Both the position numbers and the translations under genes were made by a program. This document shows, piece by piece, positions 1-8,770 of a stretch of DNA of 64,000 bases. Under the pieces are notes generated by a model. That model was given only the letters and a program-made list of their open reading frames with translations. It did not search any database and was not told where the DNA came from. Origin of the DNA: Candidatus Omnitrophota bacterium. Its GTDB lineage: Bacteria; Omnitrophota; Gorgyraeia; Zapsychrales; JBAZNR01. The stretch's first letter is position 1. Each line of letters starts with the position of its first letter. The stretch covers positions 207,449 to 271,448 of the forward strand of contig JBAZNR010000003.1 of assembly GCA_041649175.1 (NCBI GenBank), read 5' to 3'.

Positions 1-284
1 TTGTTGGGATGTTGACGATCAGTGATCTGTTGCGTGTTATTGATGAATCGTCCAAAAAAGAAGAAACAGATTTTTATGAACAGGTTTTTCAATTTCGCGA
101 ACGAAAAGTAAAAGAGATCATGTCAACGAAAGTGATCACTGTTTCTCCGCATACAACTTTAGATGTTATTCTCCATATTATGCTTAAAAAAAAGATCCAC
201 GGATTTCCGGTCGTAAAATCAGGGAAATTGATCGGCATTATCGGCCGGCATGATATTTTAAACGCGGTATTTACGTTTTATTAA
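1..284 (+). CDS. CBS domain protein, 5' end outside the window; the reading frame is open upstream of the first ATG
   Basis: CBS-domain-like segment 'STKVITVSPHTTLDVI...HGFPVV...GKLIGIIGRHDIL'; in-frame codons continue to position 1. Confidence 0.5.
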   Translation, partial: VGMLTISDLLRVIDESSKKEETDFYEQVFQFRERKVKEIMSTKVITVSPHTTLDVILHIMLKKKIHGFPVVKSGKLIGIIGRHDILNAVFTFY

Positions 285-311
285 TCGGTGATTTTTTAAA
301 AGGGGAGAAGG

Positions 312-713
312 ATGCTAAAGGAAACCGGATTTGCCATTACGATATCAAGCGGGGTTGTTGTTGCCGAAGAAACAGATACGGCGTTAAGCGTCGCGAATCT
401 TATGCGCGACCACAATATCGGAGCCGTTGTCATTTTAAAGAATGAAAAGATCGTCGGCATTGTCAGCGAAAGAGATATTGTGCGTAAGGTTGTTTGTAAG
501 CAATTATCGGCAAAGACGATCAAGATCAAGCAGATCATGACATCGGAAGTTGTGACGGCCGACATCAAAGACGGCCTTAACAAGATCCATGAGATCATGT
601 GCCAATCTCCTTTTCGGCATCTCCCGATCGTTAAAAGCGGAAAACTGATCGGCATTGTTTCAAGCCGTAATCTCATTTCTTCACTAGCGCCAAAAAATTT
701 TTCAAAAAAGTAA
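312..713 (+). CDS. CBS-pair domain protein
   Basis: Two CBS-like repeats (...GAVVILKNEKIVGIVSERDIV... and ...RHLPIVKSGKLIGIVSSRNLI); SD 'aaggggag' lies upstream of the ATG. Confidence 0.6.
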   Translation: MLKETGFAITISSGVVVAEETDTALSVANLMRDHNIGAVVILKNEKIVGIVSERDIVRKVVCKQLSAKTIKIKQIMTSEVVTADIKDGLNKIHEIMCQSPFRHLPIVKSGKLIGIVSSRNLISSLAPKNFSKK

Positions 714-748
714 CTAAGATATTTAGGAAAATTTAGGATTAGATCTTT

Positions 749-1186
749 ATGTTCGCCTTAAAAAATAGACACAGCGAGCACTTTTGTTTTCCGAGTGATT
801 TAAGGAAGATCAAGGACGCTAGTCAAAAGGTCTTAAGCACGCTTGATGACCTTAAGCTAAACAAATCGGACCTATTTGACATTAAGCTTTGTTTTGAAGA
901 AGCGTTGATCAATGGCATTAAACACGGTAATAAGGGCGATATTCAGTTGAATATTGAGGCGGAAGTTATTAAAGCCGAGAAATATCTTGAGATCATTGTC
1001 CGGGATCAGGGCAGTGGTTTTGATTTCTCGCATTGCGTTGATCCTACAAAGGAAGAAAATTTAATAAAAACATGCGGACGCGGTGTTTTTTTGATCCATA
1101 AATTAATGGACAAAGTTCGGTACGAAAAAAAGGGAAGCTGTGTCCACATGATCAAATACCTTTCTAAAAAAGAAAAAAGTCATTAA
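749..1186 (+). CDS. Anti-sigma regulatory factor / Ser-Thr kinase (RsbW/SpoIIAB-like, GHKL ATPase)
   Basis: GHKL N-box 'EEALINGIKHGN' and G1-box 'DQGSGF'; about 145 aa, typical of RsbW; an STAS antagonist gene follows immediately. Confidence 0.6.
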   Translation: MFALKNRHSEHFCFPSDLRKIKDASQKVLSTLDDLKLNKSDLFDIKLCFEEALINGIKHGNKGDIQLNIEAEVIKAEKYLEIIVRDQGSGFDFSHCVDPTKEENLIKTCGRGVFLIHKLMDKVRYEKKGSCVHMIKYLSKKEKSH

Positions 1187-1196
1187 GGAGGCTTTT

Positions 1197-1529
1197 ATGA
1201 AAATTACTCAAACAGAAAATAATGATTTCGTCGTTGTTGCTATCGACGGAGAAATTGATCTGGATTCCTCTCCGCAGATGCGCAAGATCTTTCAGGAACT
1301 TATGGATAAAGGCAAATCCAGGATCGTTATTGATTTTGAGAAAGTTTCTTATATCGATAGTTCCGGTTTGGCAACCCTTATTGAGATGATGCAAAGGCTC
1401 AAGAAGATCCAGGGGCAGTTAAGCTTGGTGCAAATGTCTGATAAGATTCGCAGTCTTTTCGAAATTACAAAATTAGATAAACTATTCTCTATCCACCGAA
1501 CACAGGCAGAGGCTTTTAAAGCCATATAG
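1197..1529 (+). CDS. Anti-sigma factor antagonist (STAS domain, RsbV/SpoIIAA-like)
   Basis: 110 aa with the STAS motif 'SYIDSSGLATLIE' containing the phosphorylatable Ser; SD 'aaggagg' upstream. Confidence 0.7.
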   Translation: MKITQTENNDFVVVAIDGEIDLDSSPQMRKIFQELMDKGKSRIVIDFEKVSYIDSSGLATLIEMMQRLKKIQGQLSLVQMSDKIRSLFEITKLDKLFSIHRTQAEAFKAI

Positions 1530-1533
1530 GATT

Positions 1534-2331
1534 ATGTTGAAATTCTTCGAGAAGATTGGAAGTGTTGTAAAGTACTGGGTCTTTGTTGTGACAGATTTCA
1601 GTAAGCTTGCCTCAGATACTTTTTTCTGGATCTGCGTGGCGCCTTTTAGAGAAAAGCCCATCAATCGTCTGCGCGTTTTTGAGCAAATGGTTTTTATGGG
1701 AACGCGCTCCATCATCATTGTTTTCTTCGTGACATTTTTTACCGGCGTTGTTCTCGCCATGCAGGCGGCCTATCAATTGGCGCAGGTTGGGGCGACGGTC
1801 TATGTATCAAGCTTGGTCAGCGTTTCTTTGTGTCGTGAGCTGGGCCCTGTTTTAACCGCGCTTGTGATTGCCGGGCGTATCGGTGCCGCGATCACGGCAG
1901 AGATCGGCTCTATGAAGGTTTCCGAGCAAATTGAAGCCTTAGAAGTAATGGCGATCAATCCAGTGCGCTTTTTAGTTGTTCCAAAATTTTTGGCTTTATT
2001 CTTAATGTTGCCGTGTTTAACGATCATTGGGGATTTTTCGGGGATGTTTGGCGGATATCTGATGGGTGTTTTTAATCTGAAGATCAATTCAGCGCTGTAT
2101 ATTCAAACGACATTGAAGTTTTTATCGCTCAAAGATATTTACACGGGGCTTTCAAAATCTTTCGTTTTTGCGGCCATTATCGCTTTGGTAGGCTGTTACC
2201 AAGGATTGAAAACAAAAGAAGGCGCGGTGGGCGTAGGGCAGGCGACAACATTAAGCGTGGTGGTCAGTTTTATTTTGATCATTTTAGCGGATTGTATTTT
2301 AACCGGTATTTATTATTTCTCAAATTTATAA
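1534..2331 (+). CDS. mlaE: Phospholipid ABC transporter permease MlaE
   Basis: Polytopic membrane protein with MlaE-like hydrophobic segments, followed directly by ABC ATPase and MCE genes in the order mlaE-F-D. Confidence 0.7.
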   Translation: MLKFFEKIGSVVKYWVFVVTDFSKLASDTFFWICVAPFREKPINRLRVFEQMVFMGTRSIIIVFFVTFFTGVVLAMQAAYQLAQVGATVYVSSLVSVSLCRELGPVLTALVIAGRIGAAITAEIGSMKVSEQIEALEVMAINPVRFLVVPKFLALFLMLPCLTIIGDFSGMFGGYLMGVFNLKINSALYIQTTLKFLSLKDIYTGLSKSFVFAAIIALVGCYQGLKTKEGAVGVGQATTLSVVVSFILIILADCILTGIYYFSNL

Positions 2332-2332
2332 A

Positions 2333-3136
2333 ATGGAACAGAAAAAGATCGCTATTTCCGTTAGGGATTTGCACCGATCGTTTAATAACCGCAAGGTTTT
2401 AAACGGAGTGAATCTTGATATCTACGAAGGCGAGATCTTTGTCATCATGGGCGGTTCGGGATGTGGGAAAAGCACTCTGTTGCGCCATATGATCGGAGCG
2501 TTAACGCCCGACATGGGAAAAGTTTTCTTTGGGGGTCGGGACCTGACAACGCTGACATCCGCCGAGAAAGAAAAGATCCAGAGAAAATTCGGGATGTCTT
2601 TTCAATCGTCGGCATTACTTGATTCTCTTAGCGTTGAAGATAATGTCAGCTTGCCTTTAAAAGAACATACAAAGCTTGATCCGCATATCATTAGCATTGT
2701 TGTGCGGATGAAATTAGGATTGGTGGGCTTGCGCGGCTTTGAACATTTGATGCCCAGCATGCTTTCGGGCGGGATGAGAAAACGTGTTGGTTTGGCCCGG
2801 GCGATCTCTATGGATCCGGAGATCGTTTTTTACGATGAGCCTACCGCCGGCCTTGACCCGATCGTCTCGGCGGTGATCGACAAGCTTATCGTTGATCTCA
2901 GTAAAAAACTTTTGATCACTTCGGTGGTCGTTACTCATGATATGAACAGTGTTTTTCGCATCGCGGACCGCATTGCCATGCTTCATGCCGGACAGGTTTT
3001 GGAGATCGGCACGCCCGATGAAATAAGAAATTCAAAAAATAAAATGGTTCAGCAATTTATCAAAGGCGAAACCGAGGGCCCGGTCAATTTTATCGACAAA
3101 GGCGATGGGCTTCTCGAGGATTTGATCAAGGAATAA
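2333..3136 (+). CDS. mlaF: Phospholipid ABC transporter ATP-binding protein MlaF
   Basis: Walker A 'GGSGCGKST', ABC signature 'LSGGMRKRVGLARA', Walker B 'IVFYDEPTAGLD'. Confidence 0.8.
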   Translation: MEQKKIAISVRDLHRSFNNRKVLNGVNLDIYEGEIFVIMGGSGCGKSTLLRHMIGALTPDMGKVFFGGRDLTTLTSAEKEKIQRKFGMSFQSSALLDSLSVEDNVSLPLKEHTKLDPHIISIVVRMKLGLVGLRGFEHLMPSMLSGGMRKRVGLARAISMDPEIVFYDEPTAGLDPIVSAVIDKLIVDLSKKLLITSVVVTHDMNSVFRIADRIAMLHAGQVLEIGTPDEIRNSKNKMVQQFIKGETEGPVNFIDKGDGLLEDLIKE

Positions 3137-3167
3137 TTTTCTGGAATCATAAACTTAAGGAGATTTT

Positions 3168-3779
3168 ATGAAGATAACAAATGAAATGAAAATCGGGATC
3201 ATGGTGACCATCGTGGCGGGGATGCTGCTCGTTTTAACATTTCAAGTGGGCAGTTTTAGTTTTACAAAAAAAGGCTATGAGGGAAAGATCTACTTTAATA
3301 ACATCGATGGGGTGGAATTAAACGCTCCGGTGCGTCTTAACGGCCTGGAGATCGGCCTTATCAAAGACATCAAATTAGTTTATGACAGCGAAACAAAAAT
3401 GGAACTTACCGTTTGGTTGGATGAAAAAGCCAAGCTAAGGGAAGGGGCGCAAGCCTATATCAAGATCATGGGCATGTTAGGCGAAAAGTATGTTGAGTTA
3501 ACGGCCGGTGAAAAAGAAACTTCGTTTTTGCAGCCCGGTTTTGTTATCGTTGGGGTTGAGCCGGTTAATTTTGAACGCCTGTTGGCTAAAGGGGATTCGA
3601 TCGCGACATCTCTCGATGGGATCGCGAAAAACTTAAACGAACGGCTAACCGTTAACCGTCAGGCCCTAGATGATATTGTGGCCAATCTCAATCTGGCAAG
3701 TAAAAACCTCGAAGAATTAAGCGGCGATCTAAAAGTAAATCCTTGGAAGCTTTTATACAAGCCAAAGGAAAAGAAATAA
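3168..3779 (+). CDS. mlaD: MCE-domain periplasmic substrate-binding protein MlaD
   Basis: N-terminal TM anchor followed by an MCE-like domain; position after mlaEF; SD 'aaggag' upstream. Confidence 0.6.
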   Translation: MKITNEMKIGIMVTIVAGMLLVLTFQVGSFSFTKKGYEGKIYFNNIDGVELNAPVRLNGLEIGLIKDIKLVYDSETKMELTVWLDEKAKLREGAQAYIKIMGMLGEKYVELTAGEKETSFLQPGFVIVGVEPVNFERLLAKGDSIATSLDGIAKNLNERLTVNRQALDDIVANLNLASKNLEELSGDLKVNPWKLLYKPKEKK

Positions 3780-3804
3780 CGCCGCTGTCTTAATTCCTTA
3801 AAAG

Positions 3805-5760
3805 ATGTTCTCAAAACCTCCACTGCTACCTCTGCATTTACGAAATCAAATTTGGCGCCCCGTTATTTTATTTTTCTTTTTTGTCCTCGTTGTGCTGATT
3901 TCTAATAGCCGGATACTTGACCCTTATGAAAACATTTTTTTAGACCTACGTTTTAAATCTCGCCCGATCCAACCGTTCTCCGATAAAATTGTCCTCATTG
4001 AATTATCCGACGACAGCATTCAGCAGTTAGGCTTTTGGCCTATTCCGAGGGATTTTCATGCTAGCCTTATCGATGTTTTAAAGCAAAGCGGTGTTAGGCA
4101 GGTGATGTTTGATCTTATTTTTACCGACGCGAGCCAAGAGGATGATAAATTCTATACGTCGATAAAAAATGCGGGAAATGTTTATCTTCCGTTTGTTCTT
4201 CAGCCTGACGAAGAGAAAAAATCAAATGCTTTTGTAAGTGCTCAAAATATTGTTGCGCCGCTTTTGCCCAGATTTACTTCCGTTATTGCCGGCTCAGGAC
4301 ACATCAATTCTTTTAAAGATAGCGATGGGAAAACCCGCTGGTCGCCTTTATTTATCCAATTTCAAGGTAAGAATTATCCCCAGATCACCTTGCGCATGGC
4401 TTGTGATTATCTCGGGATCCCTTTTGAGCCGATCAGCTATTCTGGCGGTTTTATTTCGATTGGTAACAAGCTGAAGATTCCAACGCTTCCCAATGGCTCC
4501 ATGCTGGTCAATTACGCGGGGCGTTGGCAGGATACATTTCGTCATTATTCTTATGTGGATATTTTGGCCGCCTGGCAAGAAGCACAAAACGGAGAAAAAC
4601 CGCGCATTGATTTAAACAGCTTGAAAGATTCGGTGTGTTTTGTTGGGTTAACAGCGACGGGAACGCCCGACTTGCAGGCTATTCCTTTTCAGAATAATTA
4701 TCCGCTGGTCGGTTTGCACGCGAATGTTCTTAATAGTATTTTGCTTGATCGATATATTCATCGCGCCGGGCGAACCATAAACTGTATCATTCTTTTTGTA
4801 TTTTTACTGATCGTTTTGGCAACACATTTTCTTAAAAAGAATCAGCCGATCATTGCTTTGGCGGCAACTGTATTTTATTCCGCCGTATTTGCGGCGGTTG
4901 CGTTCGGTGTTTTTATTTTCTTTGGGATCTGGATCGATCTTTTTTATCCCTTGATGGTCACCGGCCTTGCTTACATCGGCGTAACGATCTATGACTTGTT
5001 CCAGGAAGGGAAAAAGCGTGAACTTTTAGAAAAAGAATTATCGATCGCCAAAACGATCCAGGAAAGCTTTTTACCTCTTCCTATTGAGAAATTTCATAGC
5101 GCACAGATCGCGGCACATATGACGCCCGCAAAACATGTTGGGGGTGATTTTTATGATATGCGTGTTTTGGAAAATGAGAGGATCGGAGTTTTGATCGGTG
5201 ATGTGTCCGGTAAAGGCGTCGGTGCGGCCTTGGTCATGGCGGAGGCGATCTCGCTTTTTCGTATGCTTGTCCATCAGATTGAGGAGCCGAGTAGCTTGTT
5301 GACTCGGCTAAATGAGGAGATCGTTAAAGATAGCAAATCCAATGTATTTATAACGGCGGTCTATCTGGTTTTTGACCCAAGATCAAAAAAAATCTCTATG
5401 TCGAGCGCTGGCCATGTGGCGCCGATCTTGTTTCAGGGGGCGGAGAATAAAATCCATAAAGTTGAATTCTCCGGTGGAATGCCGCTTGGGCTAATGTCCG
5501 GGGCGGAATTTTCACAGGAAGAGGTTATTTTGGGTAAAGGGGATGAAATTGTTTTGTGTACGGATGGTGTTTTAGAGGCGCGGAATCCTAAGAAAGAAGA
5601 GTTTGGTGAAGAGCGGCTTTTTTCTATTTTGAAGAAAACACGTTTGCAAGCGGCGAAAGATGTTCTGCGGGCAATTGAAGGGGAAATCAAGATTTTTGCC
5701 GGCAAGGCGCGTTATCATGATGATTTTACTCTTGTTGTTTTAAAAGAGGGCGATGGATGA
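3805..5760 (+). CDS. CHASE2 sensor domain fused to a PP2C/SpoIIE-family Ser phosphatase (RsbU-like)
   Basis: N-terminal TM, then an extracytoplasmic domain of about 300 aa, then 3-4 TM segments (CHASE2 topology). C-terminal PP2C block 'GGDFYD...GDVSGKGVGAALVMA...CTDGVLEA...HDDFTLVV'. Confidence 0.6.
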   Translation: MFSKPPLLPLHLRNQIWRPVILFFFFVLVVLISNSRILDPYENIFLDLRFKSRPIQPFSDKIVLIELSDDSIQQLGFWPIPRDFHASLIDVLKQSGVRQVMFDLIFTDASQEDDKFYTSIKNAGNVYLPFVLQPDEEKKSNAFVSAQNIVAPLLPRFTSVIAGSGHINSFKDSDGKTRWSPLFIQFQGKNYPQITLRMACDYLGIPFEPISYSGGFISIGNKLKIPTLPNGSMLVNYAGRWQDTFRHYSYVDILAAWQEAQNGEKPRIDLNSLKDSVCFVGLTATGTPDLQAIPFQNNYPLVGLHANVLNSILLDRYIHRAGRTINCIILFVFLLIVLATHFLKKNQPIIALAATVFYSAVFAAVAFGVFIFFGIWIDLFYPLMVTGLAYIGVTIYDLFQEGKKRELLEKELSIAKTIQESFLPLPIEKFHSAQIAAHMTPAKHVGGDFYDMRVLENERIGVLIGDVSGKGVGAALVMAEAISLFRMLVHQIEEPSSLLTRLNEEIVKDSKSNVFITAVYLVFDPRSKKISMSSAGHVAPILFQGAENKIHKVEFSGGMPLGLMSGAEFSQEEVILGKGDEIVLCTDGVLEARNPKKEEFGEERLFSILKKTRLQAAKDVLRAIEGEIKIFAGKARYHDDFTLVVLKEGDG

Positions 5761-5772
5761 TAGGGGTGAGGC

Positions 5773-6195
5773 GTGTCCGAAGAGTTAGTTTCTGGCTTTA
5801 GGGTGAGCCATCAGGCTATTGTAGATATTTTTGACAGGACTCAGCTGGTTGCTCGTTCCTATCTTCAAGCAAAACCGTTTATTCGTGAAATGGAGGCTAT
5901 TCTTTTAGTCCATTTTAACCATCAGGATAAGGAGTTATTTGATCGATTGCGCGAGCTGTTTCGCTCAGACCGAGAATCTGAGAAAATGATCGAATTTTTA
6001 ACCCACGATCTCAAGGATATTAAAATAAAGTTCCTTATCTTTTTTGAAAAACATTCCGGAGAAGTCCTGGATACCAATTGGCGTAGTTTTCCCGTAGATT
6101 TCCTGCAATTTCATCGCGAAGTGCTTGCCAGGATTAAAGTTGAAGAAAGTTACCTTTTCCCACTCATTGTAAAATTACCCTCCAAAGCGCCTTAG
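5773..6195 (+). CDS. Hypothetical protein, possibly a hemerythrin-like HHE cation-binding domain
   Basis: GTG start; helical protein with spaced His/Glu pairs (HFNHQDKE..., HREVLARIKVEE); weak. Confidence 0.3.
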   Translation: MSEELVSGFRVSHQAIVDIFDRTQLVARSYLQAKPFIREMEAILLVHFNHQDKELFDRLRELFRSDRESEKMIEFLTHDLKDIKIKFLIFFEKHSGEVLDTNWRSFPVDFLQFHREVLARIKVEESYLFPLIVKLPSKAP

Positions 6196-6312
6196 CACGG
6201 AAACCGATTTCCCAGGAACACAGGCTTTTACCTCAAAAAAAATCCCTGCCAACTTGCCATTTGGCATTTCATCGGCTATACTTAAGTTGACAATTAGGTA
6301 CAGTCGAATAAC

Positions 6313-6410
6313 ACTCGATTGATAAGGGCAAACCATCCGAAAGGATGGGACGCAAAACTATAGAGTCCACACCTTTGGCGCAAGTCAAAGACGGATAGTC
6401 AGTTGCCGGT
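6313..6410 (+). promoter_or_regulatory. c-di-GMP-I (GEMM) riboswitch aptamer
   Basis: Near-identical to the conserved GEMM-I core 'GGCAAACC-AUCC-GAAA-GGAUGG-GACGCAAAAC'. P2 is a perfect 6-bp stem with a GAAA tetraloop. A P3 hairpin (ACUAU..CC..CUUUG-loop-CAAAG..GG..AUAGU) and a P1 closing stem (CGAUUG/CAGUUG) follow; TTGACA lies at 6287. Confidence 0.7.
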
Positions 6411-6426
6411 TGGGTTTTTTTATGGC

Positions 6427-6459
6427 GCCTACTCCTTATTCATGAGTAGGCATTTTTTT
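6427..6459 (+). terminator. Intrinsic terminator (riboswitch expression platform)
   Basis: 8-bp stem gcctactc/gagtaggc with a 9-nt loop, followed by a run of 7 T. Confidence 0.6.
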
Positions 6460-6479
6460 GGCGTTGGAGATCGTTTGAA

Positions 6480-6526
6480 GGCGCCTGCCCTTATCATAGC
6501 CACGGAAAGGGCAGGCGCCTTTTGTT
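6480..6526 (+). terminator. Second terminator-like hairpin immediately upstream of the RBS
   Basis: Perfect 13-bp stem ggcgcctgccctt/aagggcaggcgcc with a 14-nt loop, followed by ttttgtttt. Confidence 0.5.
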
Positions 6527-6538
6527 TTGGAGAGAAAA

Positions 6539-7279
6539 ATGGAAAAAAAGCTTAAAAAATTAGGAATAACGGTTATCGCGCTGATGGTGTTTTGCGCGCT
6601 ATTTTTGCCAAGCCTTTACGCGCAGGACGCTATTAAGGTAGCGATCATCGATTCCGGCGCGCTAGCTTACGTGGATGGATCTATAAGCTTTACGGATTAT
6701 CCTGCCAATATTGACCCCTTGGATCATGGAACGCAAATCGCAAAGTTGATCCGAAAAGACAATCCTAGCGCTAAACTTTTTATGCTTCAGGTTTGTAGTA
6801 AACAACAGGGAAAGTTCGTTCCTTCCAGGGAAGCTGTTTTTGCGGCGATCAAATGGGCGGTTGATAATCGTGTTGATATCGTCAATATGTCTTTAGTGAT
6901 GCGGTTTGATGAAGTTCTTGAAAAGGCTATCACGAATGCGGCGGTTAAACATGGAATTATTTTTGTTGCGGCGAGCGGCAATCATACGATGGCAAGTCAT
7001 TTTGCGAGTGATGCGAGTGGATATGTTTATAAAGCGAAAAAAGATATAAAGCCCGCTTTTCCTTCTTCCTGTCCTTTTGTTATTTCAGTCGGAGCCATCG
7101 ATCGCCACGGTAAGGTGGCTCCGTATTCCAGTAAAGATAGCGATGTTTATGCGGACGGTCATCATCAGCAACAAGAAGGAACATCTTTTTCCTGCGCCAG
7201 AATTACAGCAAAAGTTGTTCAGATCCTTTCCTCTTATCCGGATGCGCAGAAAAGCGCCATCCTGCAATTACTCTCCTAA
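6539..7279 (+). CDS. Secreted subtilisin-like serine peptidase (S8 family, small)
   Basis: Signal peptide; catalytic-triad motifs 'VAIIDSG' (Asp), 'DHGTQIA' (His), 'GTSFS' (Ser). The ATG at 6539 is preferred over the TTG at 6527 because SD 'ggagag' precedes it. Confidence 0.65.
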   Translation: MEKKLKKLGITVIALMVFCALFLPSLYAQDAIKVAIIDSGALAYVDGSISFTDYPANIDPLDHGTQIAKLIRKDNPSAKLFMLQVCSKQQGKFVPSREAVFAAIKWAVDNRVDIVNMSLVMRFDEVLEKAITNAAVKHGIIFVAASGNHTMASHFASDASGYVYKAKKDIKPAFPSSCPFVISVGAIDRHGKVAPYSSKDSDVYADGHHQQQEGTSFSCARITAKVVQILSSYPDAQKSAILQLLS

Positions 7280-7342
7280 AAAAGCTTAAAATTCTTAAAA
7301 TCTCCGTTTATCCCTTTTTACCAGTCAAATAGTTCTCTCGTC

Positions 7343-7371
7343 TTGACAATGGGGTTTTTAAAGGTTATAGT
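7343..7371 (+). promoter_or_regulatory. Sigma70-like promoter
   Basis: TTGACA, 17-nt spacer, TATAGT, about 60 nt upstream of the 7433 start. Confidence 0.5.
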
Positions 7372-7432
7372 TATCCTACCTTTGCAGTCTTTCTGTTTTT
7401 AAAAAACAAATCAAAAAGGAGTAAACTGGTCA

Positions 7433-8611
7433 ATGATAAGAAAATATGTTTTTCTGCAGGTTTTTCTTCTTGCTTTCTTTCTTTGTGTGGGAATTGCTTT
7501 TTCTGTTAATGCTGCCGATGAGCCTTCCGGAGTAAACACGCCTCAAATCGTCTATGTCCAAGGAGATGTTTCCATCAATCTTTCAGGGGAAGAATGGATT
7601 TCAGCTTCAAAAGGATTAAGCCTTAACGCAAATGCGGCCGTCAAGACTTCTGATGATTCGTACTGCGATATTGCCTTTGATGCTGATCAAAAAAATATTG
7701 TCAGCGTTGGTCCGAATTCCGAGATCAAGATCGGAAGTGATTTTCAGCAGGTGAATATATCAGCGGGGCGCGTGTTTTCGAGGATCCGCGGGCTAAAGGA
7801 AGGTTCTCGCTTTGAAATTGTCACGCCTCAAGCTGTTGCCGGCGTACGAGGGACAGCATGGGAATCTATTGTTACCAGCAAAAGTGAATTTAAGGTTAAA
7901 GAAAATACTGTGTACGTTAACGGGCTTAGCCTAGGCCAAGTGACAACGACAGCCGATGTTTTAGAAGGAAAAGGGATCGAAGTTGGCGATGACGGTAGCT
8001 TGGGTGATCTTTCCGATCTATCTCAGGATGATTTAGATCACATGAATCAATGGTCGGGCCGCATTGATCAAACTCTCGGAAATTCTTCAACTGAAGGGAA
8101 AGATTGGAAAAAGATCGTTGAGAATTATGACGGCGATTCGTCAAATCTTTTTGAAGAAGTTATGCAAGAAGAAGAGGGAGGGTTTGAAGGCGCTTTTGCA
8201 TCCGGCGGAAACGGCAATGAAGGATTTATTCTGGCTCGGACGACAGGAGGAGCCGGAGATGGTGGCGGAATTCCCGGTGGCGATATTGTTCCGGGGTCGT
8301 TTATCGAGCCTCAGGGAGGGTCTGGTGGCAACGGTGGCGGTGGTGGCGGCGGAGTGCATCCGGGGCATGGATGCTATATTGGCCAGCCCAATTGTACCGG
8401 CAACTATTTAATTCCGAAACCATGGCCGGGCCTTAAGCCCAAACCGGTTAAACCGGATAATGCGCATGTTATTCCGGGCAACAATGTCGTGATTGTTAAT
8501 CCGAATATTCCTCAGCCGCCAGCGGATCTAAATTTAGATGCGTGCGTTGATTGCGGCGCAGTGAATGATGTCGCGCAATTAAACAACGAATCAAAGGGTA
8601 AAGGGAAGTAG
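7433..8611 (+). CDS. Secreted FecR-domain-like protein with a Gly-rich low-complexity region and a Pro/Lys-rich C-terminus
   Basis: Signal peptide; N-terminal region resembles a FecR/anti-sigma sensor fold (VYVQGDVSIN...); long GGxGGGGG tract; C-terminal 'PKPWPGLKPKPVKP'. Confidence 0.4.
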   Translation: MIRKYVFLQVFLLAFFLCVGIAFSVNAADEPSGVNTPQIVYVQGDVSINLSGEEWISASKGLSLNANAAVKTSDDSYCDIAFDADQKNIVSVGPNSEIKIGSDFQQVNISAGRVFSRIRGLKEGSRFEIVTPQAVAGVRGTAWESIVTSKSEFKVKENTVYVNGLSLGQVTTTADVLEGKGIEVGDDGSLGDLSDLSQDDLDHMNQWSGRIDQTLGNSSTEGKDWKKIVENYDGDSSNLFEEVMQEEEGGFEGAFASGGNGNEGFILARTTGGAGDGGGIPGGDIVPGSFIEPQGGSGGNGGGGGGGVHPGHGCYIGQPNCTGNYLIPKPWPGLKPKPVKPDNAHVIPGNNVVIVNPNIPQPPADLNLDACVDCGAVNDVAQLNNESKGKGK

Positions 8612-8635
8612 TAGAAATTTTAAAGAGAAGTGTAA

Positions 8636-8675
8636 AGAGCGGCTCCGGCAAAACGCCGGAGCCGCTCTTTTTTTA
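8636..8675 (+). terminator. Rho-independent terminator
   Basis: Perfect 13-bp stem agagcggctccgg/ccggagccgctct with a 7-nt loop, followed by 7 T. Confidence 0.8.
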
Positions 8676-8770
8676 AATCGAAAACTTAATAGTATTTGAC
8701 ACTGATTTATATTTTCCGCTATACTAACTACTAATATTTATTCTCTGGTCAATAGTTTTAAGTTTTACTT

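Noticed and set aside
296-676. 126-aa minus-strand ORF opposite the CBS-pair gene
   Set aside because: It is antisense to a CBS-domain gene with a good SD and has no recognisable features.
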